Shown here one piece after another: positions 1 to 9,750 of a DNA stretch of 64,000 nt (its first letter is position 1; the number at the start of each line of letters is the position of its first letter). The notes under the pieces are model-generated. The model ran no database searches and was not told where the DNA came from. It was given only the letters and a program-made list of their open reading frames with translations. The DNA is from an uncultured Gammaproteobacteria bacterium (GTDB lineage: Bacteria > Patescibacteriota > Patescibacteriia > 2-01-FULL-39-33), in NCBI GenBank assembly GCA_964558935.1, contig CAZLFP010000001.1:83260-147259 (forward strand). The letters run 5' to 3'. Both the position numbers and the translations under genes were made by a program.

Positions 1-135
1 CTGAATATTTAAAAGAATTTTTTGTAATTCAATTATTTTTGGTTTTTGTATATTTAAAAATAGAGCACCAATAGCAGTAATTGAACCAACAACTTGTATG
101 TTTATTTTATTTTTTTTATAAAAATCTTCAATCAT
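1..135 (-). CDS. Partial hypothetical protein (5' end only; runs off the window), possibly membrane
   Basis: Open frame from ATG at 135 to position 1: MIEDFYKKNKINIQVVGSITAIGALFLN..., with a hydrophobic stretch. Confidence 0.5.
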   Translation of the reverse strand, partial: MIEDFYKKNKINIQVVGSITAIGALFLNIQKPKIIELQKILLNIQ

Positions 136-220
136 ATTACTTAACTATACCAACCTCGCCATCATGTATTAATAAAGGCTGTTTATTAAAAATTTAACTT
201 CGAACTTAGATTTTAAAATA

Positions 221-1720
221 TTATTTATTAGTCAATTTCATAATACCATCTTTCAATACCATTGTAGCCTTACAATCATCCTCGTTATAGATCAATATTC
301 TTTCTAATATCTTTTCATCTTTAGTTTTTATGTATTCGTTAAACCATTGAATAGACAAGGCACCTGACGGGGTTTCATCTCTCCATCTAAAATCAAGGTA
401 TTGAGCTAGGGCTTTAAGAGAATAACTACCAACTGGCCAGTCTGTTTGTTTTAGTACAACATGATATAGATCAATGACATTAGGATTATCAAAAAAATCA
501 TTTACTTCATCTTCAGATATAACATCAGGATAAAGTTTCTGCATTTTTTTATAAGTTGTTTTTTCGTGTGGAGAATAATAGTAAACTGCGAAATCATCTT
601 GAGGTAGACTTCTGATATAATTCCAAAACTTTGCCCATGTTTCTTTTTCTGATTCTGTGCTTATTTCTTTTGCGGTAAAATCTAAAAATCTTTCACCACT
701 AGGGCTTCTCTCGTAAACGCCGTGCAAATAAACAAACTCTTGAGTCGGATCATCTTCAATATCAAAAAATAATTCATAACTAACATCTGGGAAAGTTATA
801 TCACCACAGACAACTGGTTTTTTAATATTTTTCAATATATTTGCTCGAGTAATCATTTTATCAATTGTCTTTTGTCCCAAGCCTTTTAAAAATTCTTTAT
901 CGCTTTCTTTTTGTTTTACCAATTCATCAACATTTAGTGTTAAAATATCTTGAATGGTATTTACTTGTAGATCTTCACTTAATAAATCTCTTTTACTTCT
1001 TCCTAAATAGAAAAGGCAGGTTGGATCATCAGCATCATGTGCCCATTTTTTACAACTACTATACCAAGGACACAATTTACATGCTCCTGCCATAGCTGGT
1101 TTATTTTGAAACTTATTTTCTAACAATAAACTTACTTTGTTAAATACATCTTTATACAATTCCCAAAAACTTATTTTCTTTATTTTTCCAATTGGGCTAT
1201 CTAAATTATATACGACCTCATGACCTCTAATATCATAAATTAATCCTTGTTTTTTAGTTTCAAATCCTAAGCGAATGAGAGCATCACAATACAAAGCAAG
1301 CTGTACAGCATAATGTTCTTTTGGTTTGCCTTCGTCGCCCTCATCTTCGTCAACACCTTCTAAACCCATTCCAGATTTTATGTCTACTGGAATATATGTA
1401 CCGTCTGGATTTAGTTTCAATAAGTCTGGAATACCAACAATATTGTCTACCATTAATACACCTTGATAAATAAGAGGGATCTTGTTTCTCATGGCTTCAA
1501 TTGTCTTTTGAAATCTTTCTTCAAGTGAACCCTTTGATAAATCAAAATATTCTCCTAATTCAGCTATTACTTTTTTCTCATACAAAACACCCTTGTCCCA
1601 TAGAAGTTGAACAAATGGATTTATATCTTTTACTTTTTCATCTTGTGGACCATAAACATCTCGCCACACACGGTGAGGACATTGCATGAAGTCATATAGT
1701 TTTGAAGCGGTTATGTGCAT
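221..1720 (-). CDS. TM0106-family RecB-like nuclease (PD-(D/E)XK/Cas4-like N-terminus, RNase H-like C-terminus)
   Basis: N-terminal ITASKLYDFMQCPHR; PDLL...VDIK nuclease motif; QLALY; CKLCPW...C; LFFDIE and YNEDDC exonuclease-like motifs. Confidence 0.85.
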   Translation of the reverse strand: MHITASKLYDFMQCPHRVWRDVYGPQDEKVKDINPFVQLLWDKGVLYEKKVIAELGEYFDLSKGSLEERFQKTIEAMRNKIPLIYQGVLMVDNIVGIPDLLKLNPDGTYIPVDIKSGMGLEGVDEDEGDEGKPKEHYAVQLALYCDALIRLGFETKKQGLIYDIRGHEVVYNLDSPIGKIKKISFWELYKDVFNKVSLLLENKFQNKPAMAGACKLCPWYSSCKKWAHDADDPTCLFYLGRSKRDLLSEDLQVNTIQDILTLNVDELVKQKESDKEFLKGLGQKTIDKMITRANILKNIKKPVVCGDITFPDVSYELFFDIEDDPTQEFVYLHGVYERSPSGERFLDFTAKEISTESEKETWAKFWNYIRSLPQDDFAVYYYSPHEKTTYKKMQKLYPDVISEDEVNDFFDNPNVIDLYHVVLKQTDWPVGSYSLKALAQYLDFRWRDETPSGALSIQWFNEYIKTKDEKILERILIYNEDDCKATMVLKDGIMKLTNK

Positions 1721-1724
1721 ATTT

Positions 1725-3140
1725 CTATTTTAAAGGATGTGTTGGATTTTCAAAATTAACATAAAATGATCCACTCCTTGCTAAACAAGTTTGATTAGTT
1801 GAGTCAACAATAAAACATTCCACCCAATGCTTACCTGTATATAAACTTTGTTCCCATTTTTCTCTTCCTCCCGCAATAATTTCACCGCGTAAAGCTTTTT
1901 CACCTAAGCTTTTAGCATGTTCTCCTGTGTTCACAACCTGCCAATAAATATTATAATTCCTATGTGGAATACATGGTATTGCTTTAAACAATAAATGATG
2001 AGCTATTGGTAAAATTTCATCGGAATTAAAAAGTTCCCGAACCATTGTCGGACTAGTTCTGCTTCCTACGTATAAACCAGCAATAATTTTTACTGAATAA
2101 GGATAACGGCCAGTATCTATTAAACCGAGATCAGATAATTGCATTTTATGGCCATGATCACCAAGAACAAAAAGAGAAATACTGTTATTAATTGATGTCA
2201 GACTTTTTTCAATTTCATATGTAAAACCATCACCGAAAACTTCTTGTAATTTTTTTATGCTATTTATAAGTTCTTCTTTATCTAATGCCTCATTTATTTT
2301 TTCTGTATATATTTTAATTTTATCTTTAAAATTAAAATATTGCCCTGGATACTTATCCCAATGCCTATTAAAATTTTCTGAGCTTAGAACAGGATTAATA
2401 ATTATCGGGGTAGAAGTATTTGACTGTAAAAAATTATTTAGTCTATTTATTAAAGTTTTTAATGCTGTTGGGATATCACTATACAAAGAAACATCATCGT
2501 CATTATAGACTTGCATCCCCAATAATGTGGTTATCAAAACTGATTTAACAGAAAAATTTTGTTTTATATCCCGCAAGTATTTAATTAACTTGATTACAGT
2601 AACCAACTTTCCTTCTGTAATTATATTTTTTTCCTCAAACCATTCCGCATAGCCATCAGCATCAGTCTGTTCTAAAACATTATCATTTTTGTTCATTATA
2701 AAATAAGATTCCCCCTGCTTAATACATGGAACAATATCCATATGAAAATCACCAGCATAATTGAGTGTAACACAACGAGTTTTCCCATTACTATCGACAA
2801 TATTTTCGTATCTTTCTGATTCTTTGAAAAGTGCCTTTAGATTACTAATATAATCTTTAGGTTCCAAATCTACAATTTCTTTTAATAAAAACAGAGCATC
2901 TACATCAAACTCATTATTTTCAGTAACGGGCTTTATAATAGTATCCTGTCTGTATGATCCTTGTGGTGTTAAGTCTATTATAAGATCCCTATATTTATCG
3001 CTATTTTCTAAAAATGTTTTAATCGTATCTAATTTGGATTTAGCGGTTTTAATACGATCTGGATTTAACTCCACCTTGTTGGAAACAAAATCCGCAAATA
3101 CATCATTCAAATTCATATGTTTATTTTTTATTATTGACAT
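1725..3140 (-). CDS. CBASS cyclic oligonucleotide synthase (CD-NTase/SMODS) with C-terminal AGS-C domain; start may be 3116
   Basis: QGSY...EFDVD and FHMDIVP nucleotidyltransferase motifs; C-terminal YWQVVNTG...LRGEI...YTGKHWVECFI typical of AGS-C. Confidence 0.9.
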   Translation of the reverse strand: MSIIKNKHMNLNDVFADFVSNKVELNPDRIKTAKSKLDTIKTFLENSDKYRDLIIDLTPQGSYRQDTIIKPVTENNEFDVDALFLLKEIVDLEPKDYISNLKALFKESERYENIVDSNGKTRCVTLNYAGDFHMDIVPCIKQGESYFIMNKNDNVLEQTDADGYAEWFEEKNIITEGKLVTVIKLIKYLRDIKQNFSVKSVLITTLLGMQVYNDDDVSLYSDIPTALKTLINRLNNFLQSNTSTPIIINPVLSSENFNRHWDKYPGQYFNFKDKIKIYTEKINEALDKEELINSIKKLQEVFGDGFTYEIEKSLTSINNSISLFVLGDHGHKMQLSDLGLIDTGRYPYSVKIIAGLYVGSRTSPTMVRELFNSDEILPIAHHLLFKAIPCIPHRNYNIYWQVVNTGEHAKSLGEKALRGEIIAGGREKWEQSLYTGKHWVECFIVDSTNQTCLARSGSFYVNFENPTHPLK

Positions 3141-4280
3141 TAATAGTATGAAGATAGCCTTTTTCTCTGTTTAGGTTAAAGATTTCTAATGTAAATCCAA
3201 AATTTCTATTCAAAGATCTACCACAAATAACTGCGACAGGAGCAGGTATGGCTGGGAAAATTTTTATAGAACTACTACCAGGATGTTCTGTTTCTAATTT
3301 TCCCATTAGATTATTAAATTTTTCTTCAAAATTTTGTAAGTCTTTTTCAGATTTTAAAAAGTTTACATTGGGATTACCAATAGTTATTTCATAAATATAA
3401 TGATTTTTGATAATCCTAGGGTCTATATTTTTTATATTAACCTTACCTGACAAGGATAAAAAAAGAGCGATTTTACTTTTATCTTTACCTTTTTTTAACA
3501 ATTGAGTGACATAATTTTGTGAGGCTTTTTTTGTTCCCATAGCCAACTATCACCCTTGCGATGTCTTTGAAAAAATTTTGTAGATATTTTGTCTTCTAAT
3601 TTAGAACCAAAATACATTAACAAAGGAATGGGTCCTATAGCAAAAATAGAAACATGTCCGGCGTTTTGTCTTCTAAAATCACGATAGAAATCATCTACCT
3701 TACAATCAATCTCTTTTCTGCTAAAATCCCAATAAGTTTTAGAATAGGATATGCAAGTATTGGTAAAATCAATAAAAAACATATCGGAACCATCATAAGA
3801 ATATAATTTATCATTAAGAAGTGCGGATAAGACTGAGGAATTATCTAAAATAACTTTGTCCGACCCAATATTACCCGCAAATTTTAATACCTTTGTTTTT
3901 TTTGTAACATTTCCAGCAAAAAAAATCCTTCTTTCATTATCAATTTTCCATTGTTTCAACAATCCTATAGTGTAATCTCCTTCTAAAATTTGTTTGTCGA
4001 CTGTAGTGTGACATGTTGGACATAAGAGCATTAAATTATCTAAAGTATTTAAATACAACTTATTGAGATCTGTCCTAGCCCCTCCAGGGCTGAAAGCTCT
4101 AATATGTGCCTTTTCTGCTAAGTTAATATCTTTTTGAGTCAAAGCATCTTTAATAACTAAACGATTACAAATCTGACATCTTCCAGCACTTTTTGCAAAT
4201 AAAATAGTCTGTGTACTGGAATTAATATTTCTAAATTTCTTTCCAGCTTTTGGTATTGGTATAAATTCTTTTGAGTGCAT
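3121..4280 (-). CDS. HNH-SAVED (Cap5-like) CBASS effector split into ORFs 3495..4280 and 3121..3546 by a 1-nt frameshift at an A7 run
   Basis: SAGRCQIC, AEKAHI and NLMLLCPTCHTTVD (HNH); HVSIFAIGPIPLLMYFG and IKIFPAIPAPVAVICGR (two SAVED halves); one extra A at 3526-3532 joins them into ~386 aa. Confidence 0.85.
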
Positions 4281-4283
4281 AAA

Positions 4284-4865
4284 TTACATTTTTACAACAT
4301 CAACAACCTTTCCTTGGATGATTATATTATCAAAAATATAAAGAGGTTTGTGAATTGGATTTGATGAATTAGGATTTAATGTTACTAGACCACTTTTTCG
4401 ATTAAAAATTTTAACTGTAGCGTCATCACCGATTAAAGCGACAACTTTATCACCATCGTCTGCTGTTTCTTGTTTATGTACCAAAACTAAATCACCATCT
4501 TCTATTCCAGATTTATCCATACTATCACCCATAGCTCTGAGAAAAAAATAATCACTCGGATTATCTGGTACTTTGTATGGAACAAATGCCTCAATGTTTT
4601 GTTCAGCTAGTAATGGAGTGCCACAAGAAATGCTCCCAACAACAGGGATGTTAAAAAGTTGGTTTAAGGTTTTTTTTATTTTTAAATTTCTAGAATCTTC
4701 TAAAAATTCATTTTTCTTTAATTCTTCGGTGTGTCTTTGAACTGAACTGGTATTTTTATAACCTAAAAATTCCTTTACCTCTCGTAGGGTTGGAGAGTTA
4801 CCCATCTTTGTTGTTAACTCTTGAATTGCAGATAAAACCTCTTTTTGTTTTTTAGTTATTTTCAT
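4284..4865 (-). CDS. lexA: LexA-like repressor (HTH + S24 peptidase)
   Basis: LexA-type N-terminal HTH (TKKQKEVL...SPTLREV); VGSISCG cleavage loop (Cys-Gly); GDSM catalytic Ser; ATVK catalytic Lys. Confidence 0.88.
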   Translation of the reverse strand: MKITKKQKEVLSAIQELTTKMGNSPTLREVKEFLGYKNTSSVQRHTEELKKNEFLEDSRNLKIKKTLNQLFNIPVVGSISCGTPLLAEQNIEAFVPYKVPDNPSDYFFLRAMGDSMDKSGIEDGDLVLVHKQETADDGDKVVALIGDDATVKIFNRKSGLVTLNPNSSNPIHKPLYIFDNIIIQGKVVDVVKM

Positions 4866-4890
4866 AAAATATTATTTACAATATAGCAGT

Positions 4891-4920
4891 ATTTTACCGC
4901 ACAACGCGTAATTGTGTCAA
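4891..4920 (-). promoter_or_regulatory. Sigma70-type promoter of the lexA-CBASS operon with an embedded palindrome (candidate operator)
   Basis: TTGACA (4920-4915)-N18-TAAAAT (4896-4891); CACAA-N7-TTGTG inverted repeat at 4900-4916. Confidence 0.6.
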
Positions 4921-4928
4921 GTACAATC

Positions 4929-4958
4929 AAAAATACCGCTATTTTGCGGTACTTTTTG
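4929..4958 (-). terminator. Intrinsic terminator after the PD-(D/E)XK gene
   Basis: TACCGC-N6-GCGGTA stem flanked by A/T tracts. Confidence 0.6.
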
Positions 4959-4959
4959 A

Positions 4960-6012
4960 TTATTTTATATCTTGTATAACTTGTAATATTTTATCTACTT
5001 TAGGACCCCAGTCCTCTATAAGCACAGCTGGTCGTGTCCGCAAGTAGTCATCACCGAACTCAAACCCTAATTCAGCTAGTTTATACTTAAAATTGATAGC
5101 GGATTGTTCATTATCTCTCGCTACCCATTCGAAATTGAGAGCCAATCGTTTATCTGTACTCAGTGTTACAAGTGACTTGGAGCTTATGGATTCAAATATT
5201 GGGCTGAAAGATCCATAGGATCCTGTACCGAAGTTTATTTGATCAGCATTGTCTTTGCAAAAGTTATAAAACTGTTCAAAGTATTTGTAATAATCACCAA
5301 GTTTATCTTTTGCATCTTGCAACACAGATTGCTCATTCCATCTTTGCCTGATTGATGATGAAGAAGTACCAACATCCTTTTTAACTTCAGCTCCAAATAA
5401 CTTAGGAATTAGAATCTCATTATTTTCATATTTGTAATATTCCAGTTCAACTGCATAAACAGTGAAGCGACTATTTTCATTTATAAAGATCATCAAATCT
5501 TTTAACTGAGAATGGAGTTTATCCATAAGAACAACAAATTTGAAATTTCCTTTATTCAAATTGTTTTGCATGTTGGACAAGAGTGTTTCCACTTCAATAT
5601 CTTCAATACCGAAAAATTCAATTAGCTTTTGATTCAGATCAAGATTAAATTGTTTTTGTGTACCTTGGTTTAGTCTGGAAGTAAAATCACTAAAATCAAT
5701 ACTGCTTTTCCAGAGCGAAGCTCCGTAGTCTAATACTTGAGCGACAACGGTTCGTTTGTCTGGATTTTTATATAGTTTAGTTTCAACTAGATAGATGTCG
5801 CCATCTTTATCTATTCCAACAGCATCAATCGGACCACTGTTGGTTGGAAATTCTCGAGCGAGAATTAGAAGTCTGATATCTTCTTTAATTTCATAAAGAG
5901 GGATACTTTCAGGATTATCATAAATATATTGTTGGAGAAAGTTTTCCGAATCAAAATGAGAAGGATCAAGACGTTGGGCGTTTTTACCGCCTTTTGAAAT
6001 TATAATTGACAT
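4960..6012 (-). CDS. PD-(D/E)XK (NucS/DUF91-like) endonuclease-domain protein
   Basis: E..LQ..I, REF, GPIDAVGID...LVETK, VVAQVLDY motifs. Confidence 0.7.
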   Translation of the reverse strand: MSIIISKGGKNAQRLDPSHFDSENFLQQYIYDNPESIPLYEIKEDIRLLILAREFPTNSGPIDAVGIDKDGDIYLVETKLYKNPDKRTVVAQVLDYGASLWKSSIDFSDFTSRLNQGTQKQFNLDLNQKLIEFFGIEDIEVETLLSNMQNNLNKGNFKFVVLMDKLHSQLKDLMIFINENSRFTVYAVELEYYKYENNEILIPKLFGAEVKKDVGTSSSSIRQRWNEQSVLQDAKDKLGDYYKYFEQFYNFCKDNADQINFGTGSYGSFSPIFESISSKSLVTLSTDKRLALNFEWVARDNEQSAINFKYKLAELGFEFGDDYLRTRPAVLIEDWGPKVDKILQVIQDIK

Positions 6013-6016
6013 AAAT

Positions 6017-6205
6017 TGTGTAGGTTAGGATTTTGTCGAATTCGAGAAACACAAAAGGCCTCCCGAACCAGCTGACGCCCCCTTACGGTGACATCACTAC
6101 ACCCTTTCGGGTATAGACCTAACCTACAAGTACTGGTCGGAAGACCATCTCTATGTAGGTTAGGTTTTATGACCATGCCACCGCCGAAGCGATGGTTTAG
6201 GCCAT
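6017..6205 (-). ncRNA. Structured leader RNA with a C4/CI-like antisense layout
   Basis: Closing stem 6057-6071/6133-6146 (G-U pairs on the minus strand); internal GAAA hairpin; an 11-mer at 6118-6128 complementary to copies at 6019-6029 and 6154-6164. Confidence 0.55.
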
Positions 6206-6386
6206 TAAATTGTTAAGTATATTATATACCAAATTTGGCTATGAATCAATAGTAGCTTAAATACAGAAGTTTGCGAAGTCTAGTTACCAACAGCTGGAAT
6301 TTTGGGTTTTTTTAGAGTTATAAGAGATATTTAGAGTTGTTAAGACTCCTTTGAGCAATTCTTGATATGAGGTAAAATATAGTTAT

Positions 6387-7220
6387 ATGGCTACTAATAG
6401 TGAAAAATTAATTTTGATGGAATATCCTCGCAACCATTCCTTTTGGGGTAATGTTAAAGAAGCAAGGAATAATTTGGGTATGAACGAAAATGGATATTCA
6501 AGTTTAAAAGATTTTCAAAAATGTAATGAATTTTTTTCTGCAGAAACTCTTAAAAAAATAAGTCTATTTGGAACAGTTATTGAGGGAAATAATAATATTA
6601 CGTTAATTTCAGCAAAACGAACGCGAAATACTTACAAAGAAATTTTGAACGAAGCAAAAAAGATAGCCTTGCGAGAAAAACTTGGAACGGATGATGTTAG
6701 TTTGAGATTAATATCTGAATGTATTTTATTTGATAAATGTTTATTAAAAAATAAAAATACACCAAAAATGGTATTGCATTTTAATAATGATAAAAATGGT
6801 AATACTCTTATTTTGGAAATTTTTAGAGACACTAGATTACATGACTTTAAAAATAACTGGAAAGAAATGAAAGAAACAATAGATTATTTTCAAAAGTTTT
6901 TACCTGAAGGAAAATTTGATACAGAGCTACAAAAAAATAGTCTTTATGTATACATATTTAAAAACACCCAAAAACAAAACATTATTAACGCTTGGAGCAA
7001 AGAAGTATTACCCAAATTGCAACAGTTAGAAGGTTTTATGATTAGGAATAGATCAATAAAAATAAACAGATACAAAGAGATAATTGAAGAAGAAAAAAAC
7101 TATGTAAAAGATAGAAACAAAGATAAAACACAGACTTACCGGGTGGAGAATGATGATTCACATTTGCTGAAAAAATCTACTAAAGATAAAAGAAGGAAGA
7201 TTAAAAAATATCTAGATTAA
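6387..7220 (+). CDS. Hypothetical basic protein
   Basis: 277-aa ORF with no motif recognised; TAAAAT 8 nt before the ATG. Confidence 0.65.
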   Translation: MATNSEKLILMEYPRNHSFWGNVKEARNNLGMNENGYSSLKDFQKCNEFFSAETLKKISLFGTVIEGNNNITLISAKRTRNTYKEILNEAKKIALREKLGTDDVSLRLISECILFDKCLLKNKNTPKMVLHFNNDKNGNTLILEIFRDTRLHDFKNNWKEMKETIDYFQKFLPEGKFDTELQKNSLYVYIFKNTQKQNIINAWSKEVLPKLQQLEGFMIRNRSIKINRYKEIIEEEKNYVKDRNKDKTQTYRVENDDSHLLKKSTKDKRRKIKKYLD

Positions 7221-7322
7221 GTAAAACGCCCAGTATACGCCCCCTTAATTCTGGAACAGATATTGAGGTCAATATAAAATGAATTATGTAGAACACTTAA
7301 TTCATTTTTTAATTTAATCAAT

Positions 7323-8590
7323 ATGCAACAGCAAATTGAAATCGTGCAAGTACCAATCTCGCTTCTTCACGAAAGTGAGTACAATCCTCGTCGGATGACT
7401 GAGGATCAAGAAAGACACCTAACAGAAAGTATAAAGCGGTTTGGATTATCCAGCCCTTTAATCGTGAATAAATTCAAAGGTCGAGAAAACATTCTTATAT
7501 CAGGTCACCAAAGATACAAAATTGCTAAAAAGATTGGGATGAACGAAGTCCCTGTTGTATATCTTGAATTAGATCCGAAATCGGAACAAGAACTAAATTT
7601 GAGGTTTAATGCAAATATTTGCGAATGGAATACTGATTTACTAAAAGAGCTGGATCTAAAATTAATTCTTGACGTTGGTTTTGATGATCAAACTCTTTCG
7701 GATATGTGGGATTCAGCGTTAGAGATTGAAAATGATGACTTTGATATTGAAAAAGAAATTGAAATTGCCAAAACAACCGACATAAAAACTGGAGATATGT
7801 TTATTCTTGGCAATTCTAGATTAATTTGCGGGGATAGCACAGATCCCGAGGTGGTCAAAAAACTGGTTGGTAACGAAAAAATGGATTTAATAATTTCTGA
7901 TCCCTTATTCAACATAAATCTAAGTTATGACAAGGGGGTTGGTGGAAAAGCCAATTATGGTGGTTCAGCAAACGATAATAAAAGTGATGATGAATATAAA
8001 CAGTTTATTAAAAAACTGTTGCAAACGCACTGTTGGTATCTAAACCAGACCTTCATTGCTTCTACTTTTGCGACCAACGTTACATATGGATTTTACAAAC
8101 TATTTATCAAGAACTGGGCATCAAAAATGAACGAGTAAATATATGGGTTAAAAATGGGTTCAGTAGCACGCCCAGGAACGCATTTAATAAATGTTACGAA
8201 CCTGTTGTTTACGGTCGAATTGGTAAACCATATCTAAATGAAAATAATCGAAACTTGAATGAAATTCTTAACAAGGAGGTCGGTAATGGTAATCGTGCCT
8301 CAGATGACATTTTGGACATGATTGATTTGTGGCTAGTAAAGCGTTTGCCAGGAAATGAATATTTACACGCAACACAGAAACCAATTGACCTCTATGAAAA
8401 ACCACTTCGACGTTGTTCACGCCCAGGACAAAACGTCTTAGATTTATTCGCTGGATCAGGGACAGCACTTCTGGCATGCGAGCAAATGAGAAGAAAAGCA
8501 TTTGTAGTGGAGATTGACCCAATTTTTATTCAATTAATTATAAACAGATATGAGCAATACTCAAATCAAAAAGCTATCAAGCTTAATTAA
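7323..8590 (+). CDS. ParB-like nuclease domain + N4/N6 DNA methyltransferase, split (7323..8138 / 8033..8590) at an A6 run
   Basis: YNPR...LISGHQR (ParB); RLICGDS; SDPLFN (variant motif IV); HATQKP; DLFAGSG (motif I); one extra A at 8010-8015 restores ~422 aa. Confidence 0.8.
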
Positions 8591-9332
8591 ACCCGGCACA
8601 ATTATTGAGTTGGGACAACACACCCTTCTCTGCGGGGATTGTCGCAATAAGGAAATGATGAGCAAATACTTAGAAGGTCGAAAAATTGATTCTGTTAACG
8701 CAGATATGCCTTATGGTATATCCATAGTAGAAAGCAAACAAGGATTCAAACAAAAACTTGCCAACGAAACTATTATCCAAAATGACCACATTCAATCAGA
8801 TGAAGAATATATCAAATTTACTAAAGATTGGATTGAGGTAATAAAGCCTTACTTAGCGAGCAAAAACAGTTTCTATCTGTTTAACTGCGACAAAATGATA
8901 TTTGCTTTGCGTGATGGCATGAAGCAGGCTGGAGTTAATTTCTCACAAATGTTGATCTGGATAAAAAATTCAGCAGTAATTGGCAGGAAAGATTATCTTC
9001 CTATGTTTGAACTTATCGCCTACGGCTGGTATGGCACACACAAGTTTATGAAAAGTAAGGATAAGTCGGTGCTGTTTTATCCAAGGCCACAAAGTAGTCC
9101 ATTCCACCCTACATCCAAGCCTGTTGCGTTAATTCGACATCTGATTTTGAATAGCACTAGTATCGGCGACACTGTCTATGATGGATTTTTAGGTGGTGGA
9201 ACTTGTTTGCTCGCTTGTGAACAAACCAAAAGAAAATGTATTGGCGTTGAACTAGAACCAATACACTGTGCTAGTACTATTTTTCGTTGGGAAAAATTGA
9301 CTGGCAAAAAATGTAATATTATTAATCCTTAA
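8550..9332 (+). CDS. N4/N6 DNA methyltransferase (phage-type, beta class)
   Basis: LLCGD; ADMPYG (variant motif IV); HPTSKP; DGFLGGG. Confidence 0.85.
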   Translation: MSNTQIKKLSSLIKPGTIIELGQHTLLCGDCRNKEMMSKYLEGRKIDSVNADMPYGISIVESKQGFKQKLANETIIQNDHIQSDEEYIKFTKDWIEVIKPYLASKNSFYLFNCDKMIFALRDGMKQAGVNFSQMLIWIKNSAVIGRKDYLPMFELIAYGWYGTHKFMKSKDKSVLFYPRPQSSPFHPTSKPVALIRHLILNSTSIGDTVYDGFLGGGTCLLACEQTKRKCIGVELEPIHCASTIFRWEKLTGKKCNIINP

Positions 9333-9342
9333 ATTTAAACAT

Positions 9343-9750
9343 ATGACTCCAGAAGAAAAACAAAATCAAGAAAAAATAAAGGCATTATTTATTGAACAAT
9401 TAAAAAAGACACCTGTTGTGCAAGTAGTCTGTGAAAAAATCCAAATTGGTAAGAGTAGTATATATCGCTGGAAAAAATCTGATAAAGAATTTAAAAAGGC
9501 AGTAGATGAAGCCATGTCTGAAGGAACAGATTATATTTCTGATATGGCTGAGAGTAGATTAATTGAAGCTATAAGAGATAGAAATTTGCGTGCCGTATTT
9601 TTTTGGCTTAAGTCCCATTCAAATCGTTATTCCACTAAAGTTGAAATCAATGGACGACTTAAGATGGAAAATGAACCACTAACGCAGGATCAACAGGACT
9701 TAATAAAAAAAGCCTTGGAATATTCAGGTTTGTTAAATGATAAAAAATAG
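9343..9750 (+). CDS. HTH protein, putative terminase small subunit (phBC6A51-like)
   Basis: HTH SSIYRWKKSDKEF...AESRL...AVFFWLK, immediately upstream of TerL. Confidence 0.65.
   Translation: MTPEEKQNQEKIKALFIEQLKKTPVVQVVCEKIQIGKSSIYRWKKSDKEFKKAVDEAMSEGTDYISDMAESRLIEAIRDRNLRAVFFWLKSHSNRYSTKVEINGRLKMENEPLTQDQQDLIKKALEYSGLLNDKK

Noticed and set aside
221-1720. Cas4 / CRISPR adaptation gene
   Set aside because: The Cas4-like motifs are fused to an RNase H-like domain as in TM0106 proteins; no cas1/cas2 or array nearby
6310-6340. TTTAGAGTT direct repeat (and ACGCCC x2 near 7226-7242) as iterons
   Set aside because: Only two short copies each; cannot be told from chance
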